Below the pieces are notes generated by a model. That model worked only from the letters and a program-made list of their open reading frames with translations. It did not search any database and was not told the origin of the DNA. From Zhongshania aliphaticivorans (GTDB taxonomy: Bacteria; Verrucomicrobiota; Verrucomicrobiia; Opitutales; Coraliomargaritaceae), in the NCBI GenBank assembly GCA_051276975.1, contig JBNMPR010000001.1, forward strand, positions 1 through 54,235: DNA of 54,235 nt. The letters are read 5' to 3'. Made by a program: the position numbers and the translations under genes. Shown one piece after another: positions 16,010-24,265 of this stretch; within the stretch, counting starts at the first letter, position 1, and every line of letters starts with the position of its first letter.

Positions 16010-16579
16010 ATGAAAACAACGGACATGCCGTCTTTTCTTATCCTTGCTCTGGGCTATCTTCTAATAAGCCAGTACAGTTTTGCCACAACCGATTCAATGG
16101 CGCTGAACGAAGTGAGAGCCTGTCTAAACCCAGCGGGCAACCATCGTTTTGTCTATCGCATGTTTTTTAAACTCTACGATACGCGTTTCTATACGGATAC
16201 AATTCAAACAGCTAACATCAATAAGCTTCTCAACGGTGAAAATGCCTTGCTCCTTGAATTCGATTATCTACGAAAGATCAAAAAATCGATCATTCTCGAA
16301 TCCTCCGAAAAGGTTCTGGCTAAAAATATGTCTCCGGTTGAATTGGTTTCGATACAGGAGCGCGTCGCGCAGATCAACGCTGTGTACCGTACGGTAGGTA
16401 AAGGGGATCGTTCGGCGCTTTCTTACATGCCAGGCAAGGGCACAGTGCTATGGATCAACGGAGAGTCAATGATCACGATTGAGGGTGAGGATTTTGCCCG
16501 ACTGTACTTCCGAATCTGGCTGGGGGAACAGCCTATCTCTAAGCTGATGCGCGATGCATTGCTACAGCGTGTGTTGTAG
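16010..16579 (+). CDS. Chalcone isomerase-like fold exported protein
   Basis: Signal peptide; FFKLYD, LLEFDYLRKI, VGKGDR, FARLYFRIWLGEQP...MRDALL; alternative GTG start 15998. Confidence 0.85.
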   Translation: MKTTDMPSFLILALGYLLISQYSFATTDSMALNEVRACLNPAGNHRFVYRMFFKLYDTRFYTDTIQTANINKLLNGENALLLEFDYLRKIKKSIILESSEKVLAKNMSPVELVSIQERVAQINAVYRTVGKGDRSALSYMPGKGTVLWINGESMITIEGEDFARLYFRIWLGEQPISKLMRDALLQRVL

Positions 16580-16606
16580 GAAAGTTAATTATTTATTCTT
16601 AGCCAT

Positions 16607-17488
16607 ATGAGTAAGGAAGACCGAAAAGCACTATTCGCGATGCCGATTGTTTTAATCATCGCCATCGGATTTATCGTGATGATTGGAAGCGATCATTGGG
16701 GAAGTATTGATCTGACAAAAGCGCTTTATCCGGTGGTACTGGCTTTCGCGCTACAGTGGATCGCGTTCATTCCAGCCTACCTGAAGAGGACTGAAAAGTT
16801 TTATGACCTGGTCGGTGGCATGAGTTTTATTTGCGTCGCCGGATTTTGTCTATTGCTGGCACCTACTTACAGTCTGCGATCTATCATCTTGTTTGCAATG
16901 GTTGTACTGTGGGCTGGCCGACTCAGCATCTTCCTGTTTGTTCGAGTCCATCGTTCGGGCAAGGATCGCCGGTTCGATGCGATCAAACAGTCATTCCCGC
17001 GTTTCCTGATTGCTTGGACTGTCCAGGGCCTATGGATCACCTTCACGCTGGCGCCGGTTATGGCTGTAATTCTTTCGGGAAAACAACACGGCCCCGATTT
17101 GTTTTTTGTAGTGGGTAGTCTGGTCTGGCTTTTTGGCTATGTGTTTGAGGTAACCGCTGATTTACAGAAGTATCGTTTCAAGTCTGAGCCGGCGAACAAA
17201 GGCAAGTTTATCAGTTCTGGGCTATGGTCTATCTCAAGACACCCAAATTACTTCGGTGAAATTGCCCTTTGGGTTGGCGTGGCTGTAATTGCGTTCCCAA
17301 CTCTGGGTGGATGGCAGTACCTTACTCTCAGTTCACCCCTGTTTATATATTGTCTTTTAAACTATATAAGTGGAATTCCGCTGCTCGAGAAGTCCGCGGA
17401 TAAGCGCTGGGGGGCTTTGGAATCCTATCAGGAGTATAAGCGCAATACACCTCCTCTCTTTCCTGCTCTCCGCTGGCCCAGTTCATGA
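16607..17488 (+). CDS. DUF1295 / steroid 5-alpha-reductase-like membrane protein
   Basis: TEKFYDL, KDRRFD, ADLQKYRFK, GLWSISRHPNYFGE, SGIPLLEK. Confidence 0.9.
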   Translation: MSKEDRKALFAMPIVLIIAIGFIVMIGSDHWGSIDLTKALYPVVLAFALQWIAFIPAYLKRTEKFYDLVGGMSFICVAGFCLLLAPTYSLRSIILFAMVVLWAGRLSIFLFVRVHRSGKDRRFDAIKQSFPRFLIAWTVQGLWITFTLAPVMAVILSGKQHGPDLFFVVGSLVWLFGYVFEVTADLQKYRFKSEPANKGKFISSGLWSISRHPNYFGEIALWVGVAVIAFPTLGGWQYLTLSSPLFIYCLLNYISGIPLLEKSADKRWGALESYQEYKRNTPPLFPALRWPSS

Positions 17489-18819
17489 TGTCAAATAGCG
17501 ATTATCAGCCATTGAAGTTTTACCACTTCTCGGCGTATGGATTTGCGAGCATTGGCAAGGTAGCTGTCGAGATGCTACTGCAGCTATATCTTTTTGACTT
17601 CTATACGCGGGTTTTAGGTCTGTCACCGATCCTTGCTGGTAGCGCATTTGCAATCGCTATTGTCTGGGATGCAGTCAGCGACATCGCTGTCTCAGCAGGG
17701 CTGCTGTATGCACGCAAACGTAAGTTGCTCTACACAACAGTAATCTTTTCAGGCGCGATTGTTCTGGCCCTGTCGATTTATGCGCTCTTTGCCGTGGGTC
17801 CCGGAGAGAGCCAAGTGCGACTCTTTAGTCAGCTCCTTCTGGCTTACGTGTTTGTCAATACCGGGATGACCCTGATCGATTTACCGCAAACCAGTATGAG
17901 TTCGGAGTTGAGCCCTGATTCTGACGAGCGTAACAAGCTGCTCGGCTTCCGGCTTGGGATGAGCATCGTCGGTCTGGCAATCGGAAGTGCGCTGCCCGGT
18001 CTTTTACTGAAGGATGACTCAGATGCTGCTGTCGCCGCCTCACGTTCAGATAGTGGAGAGATCGTGGCGCTTATCGTGGTAGTGAGTAGTCTGCTTACCA
18101 TAATCGGATTACGTGAACCCGATCGTAAAAGTACAAAAGTACACTCGATGGCGATGCCCAGCTTCAAAGAAGCCATTGGTGTTATTAAGCAAAAAGTGTT
18201 TAGTCAGATTTTGTACGCCAGCCTCATAGCTGCCATCGGTCGGACGATCAATGCGGCCCTAGCTCTAATCTACTATCGACTGGTACTTAATTTGAGCGAA
18301 GGCACAGTCACTCAGATCATCTTTCCAGTTTTCACCTTAAGTATCGTACTCTCCATACCATTGTGGACATTGCTCTCTAAACGCTACGGCAAGGCACGTC
18401 CCGCTTGGATCTCCGTCGGCTCGCTGGGATTTCTCGGCATCGGAGCCTATCCAATTTTGCCTGAGGGTACTCTGTGGCCAGTGCTCCTTGTATCTATTAT
18501 CGCAGGTGTCTTCTGTGGCTCCGTATTTCTGGTCGATTCTATGATAACGGATTTAATCGACAAAGACGAAGCAGAGAGTGGAAAGCGTAAAGAATCGCTG
18601 TTTTTTGCGATACAGAAGTCCGTTGTTAAAATGTCTAGAGCAATCGCATTCATCTTCATTGGCGGTTGTTTGGAACTGTTTGATTTGGACGTAGCAGATG
18701 CAGCAGCAGAGCCCATGGAGCAGTGGATCATTATCGGCCTATTTGCCTTCGTTGTAGGGCTTTGCTTTATCGGTAGCAGTTACTTTTTGCGGAAGACCGA
18801 AATGACTTTTAATCCATAA
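17485..18819 (+). CDS. MFS transporter, glycoside-pentoside-hexuronide (MelB-like) family
   Basis: ~12 TMs; WDAVSD, SELSPDSDERNKL, TDLIDKDEAESGKRKE; start overlaps the upstream stop. Confidence 0.85.
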   Translation: MMSNSDYQPLKFYHFSAYGFASIGKVAVEMLLQLYLFDFYTRVLGLSPILAGSAFAIAIVWDAVSDIAVSAGLLYARKRKLLYTTVIFSGAIVLALSIYALFAVGPGESQVRLFSQLLLAYVFVNTGMTLIDLPQTSMSSELSPDSDERNKLLGFRLGMSIVGLAIGSALPGLLLKDDSDAAVAASRSDSGEIVALIVVVSSLLTIIGLREPDRKSTKVHSMAMPSFKEAIGVIKQKVFSQILYASLIAAIGRTINAALALIYYRLVLNLSEGTVTQIIFPVFTLSIVLSIPLWTLLSKRYGKARPAWISVGSLGFLGIGAYPILPEGTLWPVLLVSIIAGVFCGSVFLVDSMITDLIDKDEAESGKRKESLFFAIQKSVVKMSRAIAFIFIGGCLELFDLDVADAAAEPMEQWIIIGLFAFVVGLCFIGSSYFLRKTEMTFNP

Positions 18820-18839
18820 CAAGAAAACAAAGTGACCTT

Positions 18840-19469
18840 ATGAAATTGCGCCAGATAAGAAATAAGATTGTGCCGATGTTACTTGCCGCGTGTGTGTTTT
18901 TGCTAGTGAGTTGCCAGTCTTCGAAGCAACCACTGCCGACAGTCTCTCATGTCGATCTCGAATCCTTTATGGGTACTTGGTATGTCGTCGGCTACACCCC
19001 GCTTTTTGTTGATGGCAAAGCGCATAACGCCACCGAACATTATTATCTAGAGCCAGATGGGAGCATCCAAGCCACCTATCAGTACCGCAACGGCGCTTTT
19101 GAAGGCCCCCTCAAAACCTACCGTCCAACAATTTCTGTGCATAACAAGAAGACCCATGCAGAATGGCGCATACAATTCATCTGGCCATTTAAAGCTGCGT
19201 ATCTGATTCTCCACTACGACGAAGCCGCAGGCGAAACCATTGTCGGGCACCCCAACCGAAAGTACGCCTGGATCATGTTGCGCGAGCCGGAATATGAAGC
19301 GGCGACCTACGAACGCCTAATGAATCAACTTGTCGAGCTCGGGTACAATCGCGAGTTGATCAAACGCTTGCCGCAAGACTGGAGCAGCGAGGTGTTACGT
19401 AAAGAAATGATGCAGGAGACAGCACCATTTGCGATTGGGAAAAAGGAGTGGCGGGAGCGGAACAAATAG
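18840..19469 (+). CDS. blc: Blc-like outer membrane lipocalin lipoprotein
   Basis: Lipobox LVSC; VDLESFMGTWYVVG, QFIWPFKAAY, GHPNRKYAWIM. Confidence 0.88.
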   Translation: MKLRQIRNKIVPMLLAACVFLLVSCQSSKQPLPTVSHVDLESFMGTWYVVGYTPLFVDGKAHNATEHYYLEPDGSIQATYQYRNGAFEGPLKTYRPTISVHNKKTHAEWRIQFIWPFKAAYLILHYDEAAGETIVGHPNRKYAWIMLREPEYEAATYERLMNQLVELGYNRELIKRLPQDWSSEVLRKEMMQETAPFAIGKKEWRERNK

Positions 19470-19736
19470 TAGCATTTCTTTCGATCGTGATAGCATCAAT
19501 TTGGATCAGTATGTACTCCCATCATAGTGGAAGTATTCAAACCAGCGCTGTGATAATTGGCAATAATCGATGGGCACTATTTGGCAACAGCCCCTAACGG
19601 GACGATCCCTTTTCAGTTCCTAAAAAACAGTAACTAGTGCCTTGTTCAGAGTTCGTAGATGACGTAGCCGATCATACTACGACTTCCACACCCACGCAAA
19701 AAAGAAAAGAATCACGATGCTTCGCATGACACTTAC

Positions 19737-19766
19737 TATAAACTTAACGACATGACCCGTTTTCAG
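19737..19766 (+). repeat. Inverted copy of RAYT-associated end motif
   Basis: TATAAACTTAACGACATG (19737-19754) is the exact reverse complement of 21263-21280; it continues ACCCGTTTTCAG to 19766. Confidence 0.8.
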
Positions 19767-19769
19767 CTT

Positions 19770-19998
19770 TCAGACGATAAACTCGGAGGGGCCGAACTTC
19801 TGGGGAGATTGCGGCGCCTGATTGTCGATCTGACGGATCACGACATACTTCGTCTTATGGATGTCGATTCCGAGCTTGATGACTTCGGCGGTGGCTTCAG
19901 TCTGTTGCGGTGATGTGGGAGTGAGTTTTTTATTATGCTTCATGGTCGAAGTGGCAGTTTTGGTGATTCTTCACCGCCTGCAACTCCTCCCATGTCAT
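19770..19998 (-). mobile_element. IS110-family insertion sequence remnant (left end plus first 57 codons of transposase)
   Basis: Minus-strand ORF 19943-19770 MKHNKKLTPTSPQQTEATAEVIKLGIDIHKTKYVVIRQIDNQAPQSPQKFGPSEFIV*; KLGIDxH is the first DEDD motif of IS110 transposases. Confidence 0.75.
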
Positions 19999-20097
19999 CT
20001 TTTTTTCTCTGACTTTATAGAGAAAACTACGCCCTTAACCTTACTGACACGAAGTAATCGCTTAAGCGCGCATTGCATCCGGGATTATTGATCCTTC

Positions 20098-20137
20098 TTC
20101 GGCGCCCTCGAACCTTAAAGGCTCAGGGCACGCCGAA
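20098..20137. repeat. REP-like imperfect palindrome
   Basis: TTCGGCG-CCCT...AGGGC-A-CGCCGAA. Confidence 0.45.
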
Positions 20138-20246
20138 ACAGAATCAAATGCCTCAAATTCAGCCATACACATGATGGCTTTAGAACTTCTTAACCCTTTC
20201 AGATGAAATGCCCCTGGCTGATTTGAAAAACCCTAAGCTTATTTAA

Positions 20247-20315
20247 TTGACTTAAGTCAAAAAAAACTAACTATAGTGGCCTACAAATTTTCAAATTTGT
20301 AGGCCACTATAGTTA
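20247..20315. promoter_or_regulatory. Two perfect palindromes upstream of the orphan gene
   Basis: TTGACTTAAGTCAA (20247-20260); 23-bp arms TAACTATAGTGGCCTACAAATTT-tc-AAATTTGTAGGCCACTATAGTTA (20268-20315). Confidence 0.7.
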
Positions 20316-20339
20316 AATAACCAAAACGATAAATCAAAT

Positions 20340-21161
20340 ATGCCAACAAAACCAAAACCACTCACAATATCGGGCTATCCTGTTGAACTGAAAAAAACTT
20401 ACTGGAAAAGTAAACGCGCAGCGACCCAACATGGATTAGGTGTTGGCAAGATATGTGATAATTTAGGGACTGAATACGATAAAGTAGATTGGTTAAAAAT
20501 ACAAATGAAAGTACCTGGTGAGCGCGGAGTAGGTTGTGACTCATGGGGTGGTTTCGTAGTATCAACCTGGGCAGACGCTTACGCGGATGCAGTGAGAGAA
20601 GTGAAAGGTAAATGTAAAAATTTTAAATTGAAATGCTTCGAGGCGAGAGATAGTCTTAACGAAATCAACACCGGTGTGAGTAAGATTTATAAAGGTACTA
20701 AGGCCGCACTCACAATAATGGCGGATAAAGCTGATAAGCTTGGGGTTTCAATAAACTCAAATTCCCTTTTAGGCCCCTTAAAATCTTATCATGACGACTT
20801 TTTAACAAGTATGCAGGAGCAAGCGAATATGCTTACAAGTCTTTTAGTGAAAGCACGGGAAAAACTTCCAACAGCTTTGGTGAAAGCTAAGTCTCTTAAA
20901 GGAGATGTTGCCACAGATTATTCAAAAATTTCTGGTATATTATATAAAGCCTGCAGAGATATTACCCAGAATACAGCAAACCTTGCAAAGGTTGCAGGTA
21001 AGGGCCTCGGTAATGTCGATGCTTCAGTGGTTAGCCAAGTCTCAGAAGTCTTGGCGGTATATGGAAATGCAGGAAGTGGTTACTTCACCGCAGAGAGCAC
21101 TCCAGAGGACGTAGAAGAGGCATGTACATTAATTGAAAATGCAGATGCGCGTTTAGATTAA
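20340..21161 (+). CDS. Hypothetical protein (273 aa, Lys/Ala-rich, probably helical, no recognised family)
   Basis: Long AT-richer ORF with its own upstream elements and a downstream hairpin. Confidence 0.8.
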   Translation: MPTKPKPLTISGYPVELKKTYWKSKRAATQHGLGVGKICDNLGTEYDKVDWLKIQMKVPGERGVGCDSWGGFVVSTWADAYADAVREVKGKCKNFKLKCFEARDSLNEINTGVSKIYKGTKAALTIMADKADKLGVSINSNSLLGPLKSYHDDFLTSMQEQANMLTSLLVKAREKLPTALVKAKSLKGDVATDYSKISGILYKACRDITQNTANLAKVAGKGLGNVDASVVSQVSEVLAVYGNAGSGYFTAESTPEDVEEACTLIENADARLD

Positions 21162-21177
21162 GTTTGAGTAGTTTGAA

Positions 21178-21218
21178 CTTGATCTGACAGGTTGCGTTGT
21201 CTGTCAGATCAAGAAAAA
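21178..21218. terminator. Hairpin terminator after orphan gene
   Basis: CTTGATCTGACAG-N10-CTGTCAGATCAAG (13-bp perfect stem) followed by an A-run. Confidence 0.7.
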
Positions 21219-21253
21219 CTGGCAGTGTCTAGAACTGCTGGTCCAAAGACTCA

Positions 21254-21335
21254 AAAAGAGGCCATGTCGTTAAGTTTATAATTTACATTTGCTTGACACT
21301 TTAGAATGTGAGTTAGAGATGGCTCGCAGTTTACG
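21254..21335 (+). repeat. 82-bp direct repeat copy 1 (RAYT left end and start)
   Basis: 73/82 identical to 22224-22305 by manual alignment. Confidence 0.9.
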
Positions 21336-21490
21336 AATCGAGAAGTCCAATGGCCTGTATCACGTGATCTAAGCGTGGGAACTATCGTCAGAATTTGTTC
21401 ATCAATGAAGGCGCCCATCAAGCGTTCTAGTCCTGTCTATTGTAGGCGTGTGGTTATGTGTTGTAAGGCTATTGTGTGATGACAAATTAG
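21319..21490 (+). pseudogene. REP-associated tyrosine transposase (RAYT, IS200/Y1 HUH) N-terminal pseudogene
   Basis: MARSLRIEKSNGLYHVI-(frameshift)-RGNYRQNLFINEGAHQAF*SCLL*ACGYVL*GYCVMTN*; ends just before the HUH motif. Confidence 0.85.
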
Positions 21491-21619
21491 TGGGTCCGGT
21501 TTTCAGTTTGAAGCTGAATGTGGTTTTTCTTTGCATCTTGTAGTTAGTCGTTTTGTGGCTGCTTGCCTCAATCGTTACAGTTTTTATCAATTATTGGCTA
21601 CAAGGCCTAAACAAAAAAA

Positions 21620-21649
21620 TTGACAGGATGCCGATAAGGCACACATATT
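21620..21649 (+). promoter_or_regulatory. Promoter of TA operon (probably leaderless transcript)
   Basis: TTGACA (21620-25), 18-nt spacer, CATATT; GTG start 7 nt downstream; no SD. Confidence 0.55.
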
Positions 21650-21656
21650 TTAAATT

Positions 21657-21944
21657 GTGAAATTTGATTGGGACCCAGAGAAGAATGAACAACTTAAGGC
21701 AGAACGTAATATTTCGTTTGAAGAAATTGCTTTGCTGTTGAGTGGCGGAATACTCTGGAAGCGAACCAAACACCCAAACCAGAAAGACTATCCGCACCAG
21801 GAAGTCTTTCTGATCCCGATTGAGGATTACATCTTTTTTGTGCCCTATGTAATCGACGGAGACACGATATTCTTGAAGACCGCATTTCCACATAGAAAAG
21901 CCACTAAGGACTACTTAACACAGAAAGGTATTAGCCATGAATAA
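21657..21944 (+). CDS. BrnT-family type II toxin (ribonuclease)
   Basis: FDWDPEKNEQLKAERNISFEE, HPNQKDYPHQ, VPYV, IFLKTAFPHRKATK. Confidence 0.88.
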   Translation: MKFDWDPEKNEQLKAERNISFEEIALLLSGGILWKRTKHPNQKDYPHQEVFLIPIEDYIFFVPYVIDGDTIFLKTAFPHRKATKDYLTQKGISHE

Positions 21945-22212
21945 GGAAGAAAAGCAAATTGCAGAAGCGTATGATCGAGGCGACTTGAAGTTAGAGACGC
22001 CCTCTAGCGAACTTATTGATATGCTGGCAAGTGCCGGCGAGAATACATTCAAGAAAGATAAGCGTATTAACATCCGCTTAAGCTCTCATGACTTGGTCGG
22101 TATTCAGCGCAAGGCCGTGCAGAAAGGCATCCCCTATCAAGCACTCATTTCAGGGTTAATCCACCAGTATGTCGAAGGCGACATTCAAGAAAAATCAAGT
22201 GTGAACTCTTAA
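21937..22212 (+). CDS. Cognate antitoxin, CopG/BrnA-like ribbon-helix-helix
   Basis: KDKRINIRLSSHDL...GIPYQALI; overlaps the toxin 3' end. Confidence 0.88.
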   Translation: MNKEEKQIAEAYDRGDLKLETPSSELIDMLASAGENTFKKDKRINIRLSSHDLVGIQRKAVQKGIPYQALISGLIHQYVEGDIQEKSSVNS

Positions 22213-22223
22213 GTTAAGGGGCT

Positions 22224-22305
22224 AAAAGAGGCCATGGCGTTAAGTTTATAATTTACATTTGCTTGATGCTTTAGGGTGAGGGTTAGAAATGGCTCTCAGT
22301 TTACG
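22224..22305 (+). repeat. 82-bp direct repeat copy 2 (RAYT left end plus first codons MALSLR)
   Basis: Match to 21254-21335; similarity stops after codon 6. Confidence 0.9.
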
Positions 22306-22373
22306 TTTGACTGCACGTCGATGACATTGAGGTTTTAGTAATTCCTAATTACACATTACGGTAACATCACTTT

Positions 22374-22769
22374 ATGGGCGGTGACATTAGTATTCCAGAT
22401 AAGTTCAATTTCGAAGACATTAAGAACTTGAGGAAATTCGGAATTATCGTCAAAGTTATCCTCGATTTGTCGCATACACTAAATGAAAAGCCGGTTCATC
22501 TCGATATTGAGTTGGACTTCAATACAAGCGACCTCGAAAGTTTTAATGCGCTAATTTCAAATGTAAAGCAGCGCCAGACTAGCACTTATGTTAAACTCTG
22601 GATCAAGAAACTAAAACCGAAGAAGAAGTCTTACACGGGAAAAATCGAAGTTAAGTCGTTTAGTAATAGCATTATCAAGAATGCAGGGAATAAGAGCGAC
22701 CTCCAAAAAGCCTTAAAGGAGCACAAGGCCAGCGGCAAGGAGTTAGGAATGCTGGAAGTTAAAATCTAA
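22374..22769 (+). CDS. Hypothetical protein (131 aa, basic, no recognised family)
   Basis: AT-rich ORF with ATG start; no motif recognised. Confidence 0.65.
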   Translation: MGGDISIPDKFNFEDIKNLRKFGIIVKVILDLSHTLNEKPVHLDIELDFNTSDLESFNALISNVKQRQTSTYVKLWIKKLKPKKKSYTGKIEVKSFSNSIIKNAGNKSDLQKALKEHKASGKELGMLEVKI

Positions 22770-22873
22770 TCAGAATAAGAAATTAAAAACACTAGTGTTC
22801 AAGGACCTGACTACTTTTTTGACCTAGTAATTCCCAGTCCACTGGAGATTGCATCACAAACACTTAAACGAGT

Positions 22874-24007
22874 TTATCCTTCCACAAAAAACTTTAGCGG
22901 TTTCACGGTGATGATGTCGTTCAGTGAATACTCGCGAGAGCCTGGATAAACGATCCAGAGATGGGTTAGGCCAAGATCAGTAATGGCATTATGCATCGAT
23001 TTTGTGATTTTAGGTGCATCTTGTCGTTTGAATTCAACCCCAAGTAGCTTGGAGCCTTGCGGAATAAATAAATCGAGTTCTGTGCCACTGTGAACACCGT
23101 AAAAATAGGCTTCATTGGGATTGAGGAATTGCAAGACCTGGTCGAGTGCAAAGTTTTCCCATGAGACTCCCAGTTTAGGATGCCGCATCAGGTCTCTCTC
23201 ATCCTCTATACCTATCAATGCATGGAATAGTCCACTGTCACGAAAGTATAATTTTGGTCGTTTAACTAAGCGTTTTTTTACGTTGGCAAACCAGGGGTGT
23301 AACTGACGGATCATGAAGGTCTGTTCTAATGCATCCATATAGTTACGGATGGTGTTCGGCACGACACCTAAAGAAGAGGCAATTTCGGCCTGGTTCAATA
23401 TTTGACCGTTGTAGTGGGCAATCATCGTCCAAAAACGCCGCATAGCAACTGGAGACATACCGAAACCCAGTCCTGCCAAGTCTCTTTCCAAAAATGTACG
23501 AATGAATTCGCTGCGCCACTGAATGCTATTTTCGTTATTTGTGGCAAGGTATGAGCGTGGGAAACCACCTCGCATCCATAGCTTGTCTAAATTATCCGAG
23601 CCGGTTTCTGATAGACTGAAGCCACTCATTTGTATGATTTCAATACGACCTGCTAGCGACTCGGATGCTTGTCTTGAGAGTTCGGGTGAGGCGCTGCCAA
23701 GTATTAAAAATTGCGCCGGTTGGTCATCCCTATCAGCCAATACGCGCAGCACCGGAAAGAGATTTGGCTGGCGCTGTGCTTCATCGATTACGACTAAGCC
23801 CTTCAAGGATTGAAGAGCGGTCATGGGATTCTCCATTATGTTAGCAACAGTCGGGTCTTCCAAATCAAAGTAATTGACTGAATCTTTATCCACGAACTCG
23901 CGGGCCAATGTGGTTTTACCAACCTGGCGCGCCCCTAGCAGTCCTACGATGATGTTTCTGGAAAGGGCTTTTTGAATCAGGTTTCGATATCTGTCTCGAC
24001 TTATCAT
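22874..24007 (-). CDS. AAA_14 ATPase with C-terminal DUF4143 / PD-(D/E)xK-like domain
   Basis: Walker A GARQVGKT, Walker B VVIDEAQ, ESLAGR, RGGFP, KRLVKRPKLYFRDSG, ELDL...GVEFK; start set at ATG 24007. Confidence 0.92.
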   Translation of the reverse strand: MISRDRYRNLIQKALSRNIIVGLLGARQVGKTTLAREFVDKDSVNYFDLEDPTVANIMENPMTALQSLKGLVVIDEAQRQPNLFPVLRVLADRDDQPAQFLILGSASPELSRQASESLAGRIEIIQMSGFSLSETGSDNLDKLWMRGGFPRSYLATNNENSIQWRSEFIRTFLERDLAGLGFGMSPVAMRRFWTMIAHYNGQILNQAEIASSLGVVPNTIRNYMDALEQTFMIRQLHPWFANVKKRLVKRPKLYFRDSGLFHALIGIEDERDLMRHPKLGVSWENFALDQVLQFLNPNEAYFYGVHSGTELDLFIPQGSKLLGVEFKRQDAPKITKSMHNAITDLGLTHLWIVYPGSREYSLNDIITVKPLKFFVEG

Positions 24008-24044
24008 CCTTGAAATAATGCAATCATATTGCATTATTTCAAGG
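24008..24044. promoter_or_regulatory. Perfect 17-bp inverted repeat abutting the ATPase start codon
   Basis: CCTTGAAATAATGCAAT-cat-ATTGCATTATTTCAAGG. Confidence 0.7.
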
Positions 24045-24153
24045 TAAAATGCGAGTTATGAGCGTGGTTTAGGAGTTTGAAGTCTTACTTGTACTCTTGA
24101 GTAAATTCAACGGGGTTCTTCTTGTTCGTGTGTAAATATCGATCTGCTGAAGA

Positions 24154-24265
24154 TCATGGTTTCTTGCGTTCGGCAAAGCCCTGAATCAGCACATAGAGAA
24201 CCAGTGCCATGAAGATACCGAAGAGGGTGACGCAGTGCGTCATTCCAAATACACTGCAACACCGC
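24154..24265 (-). pseudogene. Relic of the last TM helix of an AcrB-type RND permease
   Basis: GVAVY-(frameshift)-FGMTHCVTLFGIFMALVLYVLIQGFAERKKP* resembles the RND TM12 pattern GxAVFxGMxGVTLFGIFxxPVxYVxIQ. Confidence 0.45.

Noticed and set aside
19577-19596. CTATTTGGCAACAGCCCCTA resembling an IS terminal inverted repeat
   Set aside because: Single copy with no partner end or transposase; too short to support.
19861-20091. 76-aa + strand ORF
   Set aside because: Antisense to the IS110 fragment and its left end; no coding features.
19600-22820. Possible CRISPR array or classical integron attC array
   Set aside because: Repeats are few, irregularly spaced and in both orientations; no cas or intI gene; no RYYYAAC...GTTRRRY attC boxes identified.
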